A stretch of DNA of 24,810 nucleotides from a virus (taxonomy: Duplodnaviria; Caudoviricetes), in IMG/VR virus record IMGVR_UViG_3300035670_001185, positions 1 through 24,810 of that record; one strand, 5' to 3'. Under the pieces are notes generated by a model that did not search any database, was not told the DNA's origin, and saw nothing but the letters and a program-made list of their open reading frames with translations. Position numbers and translations under genes: made by a program. Shown here in pieces: positions 16,153 to 24,810 of the stretch; position 1 is the stretch's first letter, and the number at the start of each line of letters is the position of its first letter.

Positions 16153-17721
16153 ATGGCAGGTTATATCAGACAATCCACCTACACTGATGGCGACACAATT
16201 CAGGCTAGCGATAGTAATGATGAGTTTGATGCTCTTGTTGCTGCTTTCTCTGCTGCTTCTGGGCATAAGCATGATGGCACTGCTGCTGAAGGGCTATATG
16301 TCCCTCTGATTGGTGATGCAGATGCTAAGAATAAGGTGGTGGCTAACACTGTTGATAACACTATTGATGTGTATGTAGAGGTGGGGGGAAGTGCTGTACA
16401 GCAGATTGAAGTGGCAGATGGTGCTATTCTCCCTGTAACAGACAATGACATTGATTTAGGAAGTGCTACATACGAGTTTAAGGATGTGTATATTGATGGG
16501 ACAGCCTACCTAGATGCTGTTGATATTGATGGAGGCACCATCGACGGCACAGCAGTTAATGCCACCACCCTCTCCGCCTCCGGCGTAACCAACCTCGACG
16601 CCGGTACCGTCGCAGCTCCAGGTCTGATCCTGGAGAGCGAAACCGGCACAGGCCTCTACCGTATCGGAGCCAACAACCACGGTTACGCCGTGTCCGGGGC
16701 GAAAGTGTTGGATATTTCCAGCACGGGGCTGGGGGTTACGGGGAGCGTGACGACAACGGGGAATCTTGGCGTTGGGACTGCTTCCCCAAGCACTTGGGGC
16801 AAAACCGCCATACAAGGTACCACAGGTTCAGTGCAACTAGCACTTGTACCAACTACTCAAGCGTCAAATGCTATAACATCGACCCTGTATTTAGTAGGCG
16901 ACCCGGGTAATGCCAATCGTGGATGTACTATATCAAACCATAACGCGGGTTTGAATAGTAACAATCTTGTTTTCTCAACTGGTGTAAGTGATGCAATAAC
17001 AGAACGTATGCGCCTCGACGCCTCGGGGAATCTCCATGTCCCTGGCGGCGGCGGTATTGCAACAAACGAGGCTTTCGGCACAGGTGCTTTGGTTAGCAAC
17101 ACTACAGGCTACTATAACGCCGCGAGTGGTGTAAACGCACTTTACAGCAACACCACAGGCAGCTACAACACAGCGAGTGGCTTGAGTGCGCTCTACGGCA
17201 ACACCGAAGGCAATTACAACACAGCGAGCGGTGTGAGTGCGCTTAGCAACAACACCACAGGCAGCAGTAACACCGCGCTAGGCTCGCAATACACCACAGC
17301 AGGTGCCTATGCCCCAGCGTTCGATTGTACGACGGAAAACAACCGTGTAAGCATTGCGCATACCGGAGTGACTAACGCCTACATCAATGTAGCATGGACG
17401 GTGGTTTCTGATGAGCGAGATAAAACAGACTTTGCACCTATCCCGCTTGGCTTAGCGTTCATCAACAAACTCAATCCCACATCCTATCGTCGCAAAATTA
17501 GCCGCGATGACCCGACACCTGACGGGCCAGTGCGCTATGGATTCAAGGCGCAAGATGTGCTTGTCGAAGAAGGAACCAATCCTGTAATCGTAGACAACGA
17601 AGACCCGGATCGCCTTCGTTTGGTGGATAGCAACCTGCTTGCAGTGCTGGTGAAGGCAGTGCAAGAGCTCAGCACCAAAAATGATGCGCTCGAAGCCCGC
17701 CTCACCGCAGCAGGGCTATAA
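16153..17721 (+). CDS. Tail fibre with 17-aa repeats and C-terminal intramolecular chaperone (peptidase S74-like)
   Basis: AGGAG SD; anchor MAGYIRQS...GHKHDG; NTTG repeats; SDERDK at 17407, YGFKAQDV, terminal coiled coil. Confidence 0.88.
   Translation: MAGYIRQSTYTDGDTIQASDSNDEFDALVAAFSAASGHKHDGTAAEGLYVPLIGDADAKNKVVANTVDNTIDVYVEVGGSAVQQIEVADGAILPVTDNDIDLGSATYEFKDVYIDGTAYLDAVDIDGGTIDGTAVNATTLSASGVTNLDAGTVAAPGLILESETGTGLYRIGANNHGYAVSGAKVLDISSTGLGVTGSVTTTGNLGVGTASPSTWGKTAIQGTTGSVQLALVPTTQASNAITSTLYLVGDPGNANRGCTISNHNAGLNSNNLVFSTGVSDAITERMRLDASGNLHVPGGGGIATNEAFGTGALVSNTTGYYNAASGVNALYSNTTGSYNTASGLSALYGNTEGNYNTASGVSALSNNTTGSSNTALGSQYTTAGAYAPAFDCTTENNRVSIAHTGVTNAYINVAWTVVSDERDKTDFAPIPLGLAFINKLNPTSYRRKISRDDPTPDGPVRYGFKAQDVLVEEGTNPVIVDNEDPDRLRLVDSNLLAVLVKAVQELSTKNDALEARLTAAGL
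17095..17283 (+). repeat. About 3.7 copies of a 51-bp (17-aa) tandem repeat in the tail fibre
   Basis: Units start at 17095, 17146, 17197 and 17248: SNTTGYYNAASGVNALY / SNTTGSYNTASGLSALY / GNTEGNYNTASGVSALS / NNTTGSSNTALG. Confidence 0.85.
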
Positions 17722-17722
17722 C

Positions 17723-18421
17723 GTGACCCTCTCCGACCTAATCCGCTCCCACGGCTGGGTGTCCAACAACGAAGTTGTTGAGGCGCTGCAACAGGAAGGA
17801 TTGGAGATGATGGCTGAATGGGTGAGGGTTAGTAATACAGCCAATAGTGTGTTTGGAATAGTGCCTGGGATTAGTTGGTATGCTGACCAGCACAATGTCA
17901 CAGAGGAACAGGCAGCACAGGTGGTGGTGTGTATAGCAGATAATGGATGGTTTTTTCAGCCTCTCTTATCAATACTAAAAACACTACGTCCCCTTATTAT
18001 TCCTGTAGAGAAAAAGGTGGGGTGGGGAGAGGTGAAGGCTGTATTAGAGGGAGTGTGGGAAGGGAATAATGCTAGGTTTTGTGACAGGGAATATGCTGTG
18101 TGTTCTATAGCCTCATTGGAAGAGGCTATTAAGGCTACAGGGTATAAGTATGGAGCATGGGTGGAAGAGGAGATGGATTGTGATGAATGGGCAGGGAGGC
18201 TTTGGGGAGCATTACAGAGAGCCAATCCGGGGAATCTAGCCATAGGCTATGTGACAATTTGTGGCAATAGTGAGGGAGGGAATGGACAATGCCATGCCCT
18301 CCTATTGGCTTTATGTTCAGAGGGGCTTGTGTGGATAGAGAATACAGGGAAGGTATATGGGCTAGGGGAATTGCCCGGATGGCAGAACGACAGCATTAGG
18401 CTTGACGTAGCGTTATTTTAA
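17723..18421 (+). CDS. Papain/transglutaminase-like cysteine hydrolase (agglutinin C-terminal-like domain)
   Basis: ORF track 17681..18421; likely GTG start just after the fibre stop. DCDEWA (Cys 18179), CHAL (His 18293), WIE (Glu 18338). Confidence 0.65.
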   Translation: MTLSDLIRSHGWVSNNEVVEALQQEGLEMMAEWVRVSNTANSVFGIVPGISWYADQHNVTEEQAAQVVVCIADNGWFFQPLLSILKTLRPLIIPVEKKVGWGEVKAVLEGVWEGNNARFCDREYAVCSIASLEEAIKATGYKYGAWVEEEMDCDEWAGRLWGALQRANPGNLAIGYVTICGNSEGGNGQCHALLLALCSEGLVWIENTGKVYGLGELPGWQNDSIRLDVALF

Positions 18422-18431
18422 GAGAGGGTTT

Positions 18432-18872
18432 ATGACTACAGAAGATGTTAATGCCCTCCATTCAGAATACAAGCAATTGCTTAGTATTGTTGTGAAGGTG
18501 GCTGGAGAGCAGAGTGCTCATCAAACTATTGCTAATAATAATTCAAAGGCAATAGCAGAAGTAAGGGATAGTTTGGCTGTATTACACAATAGGCTATTAG
18601 AACACATGGATGATGAGGAAGGGAAGATAGAGAAGAATGCTGTGGCTCTCATAGAGCTGGCTGATAAGATTAGGGAGTTGAGTGATGTGATAGGAGAAAC
18701 CCACCAGCTAGAGCACCATTGGATTAAGTTGGAGATGAAGAAGCAACAGGACAGAGCAGATTTTTGGAAAGAGATGAGGATTAGTGCCGCTAAATGGGGG
18801 CTAGTAGGAGCGTTAGCTATATTATCAAAAATAATCTTCGATGGAATGGTGGTGTATTTTAAGAGTCATTAG
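18432..18872 (+). CDS. Coiled-coil protein with C-terminal transmembrane helix (holin-like or lysis-associated)
   Basis: GAGGG SD; heptad region followed by hydrophobic WGLVGALAILSKIIFDGMVVYF. Confidence 0.6.
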   Translation: MTTEDVNALHSEYKQLLSIVVKVAGEQSAHQTIANNNSKAIAEVRDSLAVLHNRLLEHMDDEEGKIEKNAVALIELADKIRELSDVIGETHQLEHHWIKLEMKKQQDRADFWKEMRISAAKWGLVGALAILSKIIFDGMVVYFKSH

Positions 18873-18880
18873 GAGGGAAG

Positions 18881-19207
18881 ATGAAGCAGATTAGTAGTGT
18901 TAGTGGGTATGTGTTAGAACTAGAGGATGCTCTAGTTCCTAGTGAGGATGTGTATACAGCCCTCCTAACTCCTAATGTTGCTTCCTCTCTCTCTGTTCCT
19001 TCTGGAGCACAACTGGCTGTAATGCAATTTAGACAAGGGACAGTGTGGGTGAATTATGACACCACTGCTACCATTCCTTCCAGCAGCACATTCGCTAAGG
19101 CAGGGGGAGAACCAGACCCCTATGTACGTTATGTAGGCTCCACCTCCACCCTCTCATTCATCTCTGCTTCTGCTGCAATAGTTTCTGTCTGCTTCTATTC
19201 CAAATAA
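18881..19207 (+). CDS. Small beta-rich putative virion protein (108 aa)
   Basis: AGGAGG SD; S/T/V/A-rich; lies within the structural operon. Confidence 0.7.
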   Translation: MKQISSVSGYVLELEDALVPSEDVYTALLTPNVASSLSVPSGAQLAVMQFRQGTVWVNYDTTATIPSSSTFAKAGGEPDPYVRYVGSTSTLSFISASAAIVSVCFYSK

Positions 19208-19228
19208 GGAAGGAGGGATGTTTCTAAT

Positions 19229-20515
19229 ATGCCAACGCTAACAAAAGTTAGGAATTTCCATCAGCCCTCTCCTACAGATGGGCTGGAAGATGTGTTTGTT
19301 GATGCTTTAGAGAGCAGCGATATAGTGTTAGGAAAGGGAGATTTGAAGACTGATGCTTGGGGAAACCAGAAAGTAACGCAGCTATATAGCCTAGTGCATG
19401 GGCTATTTACATTTGATATTCCTGCTACACAATGGCTCCTATATGAGAATGGAAGTGAAATATCTACAGCAACAGGGATTAGTAATGGGAGCATATATTC
19501 CTCTTCTGGTATGGCTGTTATAGATAGTAGTGGGACTAATGCACAGCTAGTTAATAGAAGACACGCTCGCTATCAGCCTAACAGAGGAATACATTATTCT
19601 GTCTCAATAATACATGATAGTCCTAATAATGATGGTGTTAGGGATTGGGGATTGTTCACACCAACAGATGGGTTATTCTTCAGGCTAAAGCCAAAGGCTG
19701 GTGTAGGGACATTATATGTTGTGAGGAGATATAACAGTGTGGAGACAGAGGTGGAAGTGAGTATGCCTTTCACTCTGGATTATTCCAAAGGAAACATCTT
19801 CGATATTCAGGCTCAATGGAGAGGAGTAGGGAATGTTAAGTTTTTTGCTGGTAATCCATCAACAGGGACGCTAGAACACATACATACATTTTCCTTACTA
19901 GGAACACTAACCACCCTCTCTACTAGAGATAGTGCTTTATGTGTTGGGTTTAAGAGCACATATACAACACAGGATGTTGTGATGAGAGTGGGGTGTGTTG
20001 ACCTCTCATCTGAAGGGGGAGGGAAGGACACAGAAGAATATGCCTCTATATATTCCTCCTATACTACATATACAGGAACAGGCACAGGGGCTACAGCGGA
20101 GAGTATTATTGCCATCAAACAGCCCGACACCATCAACTCGCAACTAAACACAAGAGATATTAGGCTAGCACGGATAACAGTTAATTGTGATAAGAAGGCA
20201 GAGTTTTTTGTTTTCGTTACGAGAGATAGTAGTGCTGTTACTGGGGCTACATTTGTAGCGTTAGGGAATGGTAGTTATGTGGAGCATGACAGCCCAACAA
20301 TAAATGCTGGAGCAGTTAGGGCTACAAACATTGACACCACTAAATGTAGATTTGTTACAGCCATCCCTGTTAATGCTAATACAAGATCAGAAGTAACCAA
20401 CCCCTCCAGAGAGACAATACAATTCTTTCTGGTGCATGGGGATTATCTAATCGTTACATGCACAGCAACCTCTGCTAATCCAGAAGTAGTTGTTGAGTGG
20501 GGAGAGGAGATTTAA
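19229..20515 (+). CDS. Putative virion protein with beta-sandwich (lectin-like) character
   Basis: GGAGG SD; DAWG, RYQPNRG and QWRGVG motifs recalled from phage tail-associated proteins. Confidence 0.65.
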   Translation: MPTLTKVRNFHQPSPTDGLEDVFVDALESSDIVLGKGDLKTDAWGNQKVTQLYSLVHGLFTFDIPATQWLLYENGSEISTATGISNGSIYSSSGMAVIDSSGTNAQLVNRRHARYQPNRGIHYSVSIIHDSPNNDGVRDWGLFTPTDGLFFRLKPKAGVGTLYVVRRYNSVETEVEVSMPFTLDYSKGNIFDIQAQWRGVGNVKFFAGNPSTGTLEHIHTFSLLGTLTTLSTRDSALCVGFKSTYTTQDVVMRVGCVDLSSEGGGKDTEEYASIYSSYTTYTGTGTGATAESIIAIKQPDTINSQLNTRDIRLARITVNCDKKAEFFVFVTRDSSAVTGATFVALGNGSYVEHDSPTINAGAVRATNIDTTKCRFVTAIPVNANTRSEVTNPSRETIQFFLVHGDYLIVTCTATSANPEVVVEWGEEI

Positions 20516-20516
20516 T

Positions 20517-23500
20517 ATGGCGTATGATTTAACAAACACTGCTGTTAACGAGCGTATTCAGAATTTATTGAAGAGAGCCATTGATTATAGCAGAAGGGGC
20601 TACCCAGAAGACGCTACTTTTGAAGCAGCACAAGCCATATTTGAAGCTAGAAAGAATGGAGCTACAGCAGAGGAAGTTGTGAATACGTTAGTACAATATG
20701 GAGTAAATGCAGGCGGTACAGAAGCAGGCATGCGAACTTGGATAGCAGATACGGCCACACCAACCTACAAGAATTTGTATAAAGAAGATAGTGATTGGAC
20801 AAAACCATACAAAACACCAACCACTGGTACTGCTAACCCACCTCCTTCTACATCTCCATCAGGAGGAAGCACAGGAGGAAGCACACCTACAAAGCAAAAC
20901 ACGTGGAGTCTTAGTTCATGGACTAAAGATGGAACACAAAAACCAATCTTAACTATAAACCTTGCTAATGGAAATACACATACAATCGACTTAACTGGTG
21001 GTAAAGAAGATGTTACATTTCAAAACATAGCAAGAACTTTCTCTGACACATTAAATAAATTCGATCCAACGTTTATGAACGACGCTACTGCTATGGCATT
21101 CGTACAGCAATTTGAGGATGCACATACAAGTATTGGTGGTAAAACCATAGCCCAGAACAAACCTAAACAGCCAGAAAAAATTTCTATTGTTGGTTATGAA
21201 GTGTCTGGTATTGATCTGATAGATGGGCTATTTACTGCACAACCAACCCTTACCTTAACGCAGAGTGACGGCAAAAAAGTAGATATAGATTTACTAACAA
21301 ACCCCAGCATCTCTTTCTTACAGATGGCAGATAATATTGCTAGTTACATTTCACAAATACCAGGAATAAAAAAAGAAAACGAGCCTTTTTACAAAAAATT
21401 AAAAGACTATCACACTACTTATGGAGGGAAAGGAATAGATAAAATTCTTAAAGAAAACACAATGAAAGTAACTCAGAAACCTGCCACTGATTCGTCTAAT
21501 CTACCAACAGCACCAATCTTCACAGACAGACAAAGGGCTCTTAAAACAGCGTTAGATAGTGGGAATTGGGACAGTGTTGCTGAAGCAATTAGGTCTGGTA
21601 AAGGGAATGAAGCAGAATTAAAGGTAGATTTGAAAGCTATTGGTTATGATGATAAAACAATAAATGATTTCTTTAGCACCTGGGGTCCAGATGTAAGGAG
21701 AATAGTTGGGTGGGATGAGGCGGGGAATTTAGTTGCTCCCCCGCCTGCCCCTATCGTTCCCCCAGGTAGTTCCCCAGAGAATGAGAGAAGATGGCAAGGA
21801 TTGAAGGAGGCTATAGCCACCGGCGATCCTGCAACAGCAGCAGCATATATCAAGACTAACGGATTTACGTTAGAAGATATTATTAACAATGCTTCTGGGT
21901 TTGGTTTGGATGCTGAGTCGTTGTCGCAATGGTTTAGTTCGCCAAATGGGCAGAAGTTTATGGTGGACGCTGGATGGAGCCAAGAATCCTCTCCTAGTAT
22001 TGGGCCTGGTAATATTTATACTATGGATATGGGGACTGGGAAGTTATATTTTTCCATGAATGAAGATGGGAGTTGGACTAGTTACGATCCTACTACAGGT
22101 ACTCCGAATGGAATTATATCGAAAGGAAACGCCGATGCCCTATTGAGTCAGTATACGGTGGCTCCTGATTACAATCCTCCTTGGCAAGCATCCTCAACTC
22201 CTACACCAACAGAGGAACAAGCAGCACCTCCTGGTATTCCTGGGCAAGATCAATGGACGTATGGAGACAAGGAGTATTCATATAATGGAGGGGCTAATAA
22301 ATGGGTAGACAATGTACCACTAGACCCTAGGTTTTTTAATCCAGAGGGTGGCGGTCCTACTCTATTTCCTAACGCCACTAAGCAAGATATTGACCAATTT
22401 ATACAACATCATGCGGCTACATACGGCACCAACCCAGATACATGGGGAAGCATTGGTGCCTACGCTAGAGCTGCTGGTATTAGTAAGGATAAGTTGTCCA
22501 CCTACTATCCAGAAGCAAAAGCATATATAGATAATTATTATGATAGTTATGTCCTTCCTTCTGGTATGGCACTAGAGGGAGGGATGCTGTCGGCTACGCC
22601 TGAAAACTATAGGCGTATGTTGTCAGAGCAAGTGTTTAATCCACAGATTCCTGCTGGGGCTACACAGGCGGGGGCATATAAAGATTATGTCCCAGATGAA
22701 ACAACAGAGTTTTACGACCCAACTAAATCTCAATACAAGATGGGTACAACCCCGGGAAGTAATGTTACAGGAGCATTGGTTGAAAGTCTTGCTGGTATCT
22801 ATGGAATAGTTAATCCAGCTACAGGACAATTTGAGCAGAGCGAGTTTTACAAGCCAATCTCCAATCTGACAGGAAAAGCCACAGATGATAGTGTTGCACA
22901 GAATGCGTTAAACACAATAGCTGGTGTTGGGGCATTTGGTTCACAACCCACCACCCCATATCCAGGCACAACTGTTTCTTACGATCCTAAAGCAACAACA
23001 TATAATGCTGCCCAAGCTGCTAATCAATCAATGACAGCATCAACATATAAGGACACTGACCTAACTAAGGGAGCAATTGTAGATACCAACCAACCTCTTC
23101 CTGCCAACACAATAGCAACAATGGGGGATGACGAGACAGCAAAAACTGTTATGGCTAGTAGGCAAGCAGCATGGGAAGCTGCCCATCCCGGACAGCCATA
23201 TGACCCAACGGAGCAATTCAAAGAGGCCACTGTATATAAGCAATTTGAGAAATACTTTCCACAGAGACAACCCGGCGATCCAGCAGTAATTCCTGATTGG
23301 GCAAAGCCTGCCATAGATCAGGTGGAGGCACAGCTTGCTGCTAGAGGTGTGGCTAGAAACAGCACCATTGCACGTGACTCTCTCTATTCAGCAATAGTGC
23401 AGAGTGCTATGCCAATGGTGCAACAGGACGCTGCTGCCTTCCAGAAGAAATGGGAGACAGAGTTTGCTAATGAGGAGAAAACCATTCTATTCAATGCAGC

Positions 23501-24299
23501 CAATGCTTTGAATGTTGAAATGGCTAATGCCACATTTGCACAAAGCCTATTGAAGGACAATGCAGCAAAACTATTCCAGCTAGACCTAACCAATCTAGGC
23601 AATAAGCAGAGAGCAGCAGAACTAAACCTACAGGCTGCACAATCAATAGTGTTGTCTAACCAAGCAGCAGACAATGCTGCTAGACAATTCAATGCACAGA
23701 GTCAGAATCAAGTGGATCAGTTTATGGCCACTATGGCTCAAACAATCAATCAGCAGAATGCTGATAGAAGAGCCTCATTGGCTAGTAAGGAAGCAGAGGT
23801 TACAGTAGACCTAGCCAAAACTGTTATGCAGGAGCGCGTTAAGGCTGCTGAAGCAGATGAGAAGTCTATGATGTTGAGGGAGCAATTCAATTCTCAAATG
23901 GCCTATCAGATAGATCAGGCAAACATACAATGGCGTAGACAAATTAACACCCTTAACACAGCAGCCAAGAATGCTGCTACACAAGCAGATGCTATGAATC
24001 GCTTTAACCTCTCTAACCAAGCATTGGGAGTGTTGTGGCAGGAGATGAGAGATCAGGCATATTGGAATTGGGCTGCTGAACAAAACTCGGCTGCTAATGG
24101 TGTTAGTTATGCCTCTATTGCAGCACAATCTGCTATTGCTGGTCGTACCCTCGACCTACAACAGAGACAATTTGAATCAGCTAACTTCTGGAACAATCAG
24201 ATTATGGAGATATGGAACGATCCTAATAAGGATAGTACAACAAGAACAACAGACATTGCCCACGTCCTCAACATAGTTGGTTATCTAGGGAAGATGTAA
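20517..24299 (+). CDS. Large internal virion (ejection) protein, 1260 aa
   Basis: Start refined to ATG 20517 (GAGGAG SD). Repeat-containing N-terminal half; A/Q/N-rich helical C-terminal third (PDWAK...LAARG...QSAMP..QDA). Confidence 0.75.
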   Translation: MAYDLTNTAVNERIQNLLKRAIDYSRRGYPEDATFEAAQAIFEARKNGATAEEVVNTLVQYGVNAGGTEAGMRTWIADTATPTYKNLYKEDSDWTKPYKTPTTGTANPPPSTSPSGGSTGGSTPTKQNTWSLSSWTKDGTQKPILTINLANGNTHTIDLTGGKEDVTFQNIARTFSDTLNKFDPTFMNDATAMAFVQQFEDAHTSIGGKTIAQNKPKQPEKISIVGYEVSGIDLIDGLFTAQPTLTLTQSDGKKVDIDLLTNPSISFLQMADNIASYISQIPGIKKENEPFYKKLKDYHTTYGGKGIDKILKENTMKVTQKPATDSSNLPTAPIFTDRQRALKTALDSGNWDSVAEAIRSGKGNEAELKVDLKAIGYDDKTINDFFSTWGPDVRRIVGWDEAGNLVAPPPAPIVPPGSSPENERRWQGLKEAIATGDPATAAAYIKTNGFTLEDIINNASGFGLDAESLSQWFSSPNGQKFMVDAGWSQESSPSIGPGNIYTMDMGTGKLYFSMNEDGSWTSYDPTTGTPNGIISKGNADALLSQYTVAPDYNPPWQASSTPTPTEEQAAPPGIPGQDQWTYGDKEYSYNGGANKWVDNVPLDPRFFNPEGGGPTLFPNATKQDIDQFIQHHAATYGTNPDTWGSIGAYARAAGISKDKLSTYYPEAKAYIDNYYDSYVLPSGMALEGGMLSATPENYRRMLSEQVFNPQIPAGATQAGAYKDYVPDETTEFYDPTKSQYKMGTTPGSNVTGALVESLAGIYGIVNPATGQFEQSEFYKPISNLTGKATDDSVAQNALNTIAGVGAFGSQPTTPYPGTTVSYDPKATTYNAAQAANQSMTASTYKDTDLTKGAIVDTNQPLPANTIATMGDDETAKTVMASRQAAWEAAHPGQPYDPTEQFKEATVYKQFEKYFPQRQPGDPAVIPDWAKPAIDQVEAQLAARGVARNSTIARDSLYSAIVQSAMPMVQQDAAAFQKKWETEFANEEKTILFNAANALNVEMANATFAQSLLKDNAAKLFQLDLTNLGNKQRAAELNLQAAQSIVLSNQAADNAARQFNAQSQNQVDQFMATMAQTINQQNADRRASLASKEAEVTVDLAKTVMQERVKAAEADEKSMMLREQFNSQMAYQIDQANIQWRRQINTLNTAAKNAATQADAMNRFNLSNQALGVLWQEMRDQAYWNWAAEQNSAANGVSYASIAAQSAIAGRTLDLQQRQFESANFWNNQIMEIWNDPNKDSTTRTTDIAHVLNIVGYLGKM

Positions 24300-24300
24300 C

Positions 24301-24789
24301 ATGTTGCTCCTTCTTCCAGAAACAACACCATTCTCTGCTGACATCCTACATCAATGTGTGGATTTGATAGAGGAATATTGGAATGAAACTCCTGTGTATA
24401 AACACATCCCTTTCAGCAGAAAGGACACAGAGCAATTTATTATTAATATGATGGAGGGAGAGGAGGAATTAGTTGTAGGACAAATGGAAGAGGGAAGGAT
24501 GGTGGGAGCACTACTAGCAACATCTTCCAGCACATTCTTCAATGCTAAGGCAATTGTTATTGAGAATATATTGACATACGTTAGCAAGAAGGCTAGAGGG
24601 AAGTTGTACGGGAAGAAGCTGATTAAGATGCAGAACAAATGGGGGGAATGGCTAGGGGCTGTACATTCACACATCTCCACTATCTCTGCTGTAGACAGTG
24701 ATAGGACAACAAGGCTATATGCTTTACTAGGGTATGATATTGTAGGCTCTACAGCCTCTATGCCATTAAGAGGGGGCTCACATGAGTAA
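24301..24789 (+). CDS. GNAT-family acetyltransferase
   Basis: YVSKKARGKLYGKKLI acetyl-CoA-binding motif A; LYALLGY near the C-terminus. Confidence 0.85.
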   Translation: MLLLLPETTPFSADILHQCVDLIEEYWNETPVYKHIPFSRKDTEQFIINMMEGEEELVVGQMEEGRMVGALLATSSSTFFNAKAIVIENILTYVSKKARGKLYGKKLIKMQNKWGEWLGAVHSHISTISAVDSDRTTRLYALLGYDIVGSTASMPLRGGSHE

Positions 24790-24810
24790 GGTTTTTAAGA
24801 AGGTTAAGAA
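24782..24810 (+). CDS. Start of the next gene (MSKVFKKVK...), truncated by the window edge
   Basis: AGGGGG SD, ATG overlapping the GNAT end, frame open to the edge. Confidence 0.55.

Noticed and set aside
17095-17283. AAC-rich repeats as a diversity-generating retroelement TR/VR pair
   Set aside because: In-frame tandem structural repeats, differences not confined to adenines, and no reverse transcriptase in the window.
3618-24680. Minus-strand and alternate-frame ORFs inside the structural operon
   Set aside because: Antisense or frame shadows of well-supported plus-strand genes.

Overview
Part of a tailed dsDNA phage genome with podovirus-like gene content, in two divergent arms. The left arm (minus strand, 1-2699) has small early-type genes, including a partial HExxH metallopeptidase (CobT-N-like) gene and a 48-aa membrane peptide that the ORF track missed. 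It is interrupted by about 560 nt of apparently non-coding, heavily base-paired sequence (about 1550-2110). A non-coding switch region of about 1.06 kb (2700-3759) contains a canonical chromosomal parS site, two perfect DnaA boxes, G-quadruplex-type G runs, a 17-bp hairpin and an AT-rich tract. The right arm (plus strand, 3760-end) is a morphogenesis operon: TerS, TerL (about 200-aa N-terminal extension and a 350-aa LAGLIDADG intein of class-3 type starting with Val), portal, a protein with repeated [YF]AxGG motifs, scaffold, major capsid, tail adaptor, nozzle, tail fibre with S74 chaperone, a Cys-His-Glu papain/transglutaminase-like protein, a holin-like protein, two putative virion proteins, a 1260-aa internal virion protein and a GNAT. 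The best leads are host-type cis-elements (parS, DnaA boxes, CsrA/RsmA-type GGA hairpins), a candidate large structured RNA, the Val1 class-3 intein and the AxGG-punctuated protein. All family assignments come from motif recognition by eye; no searches were run.
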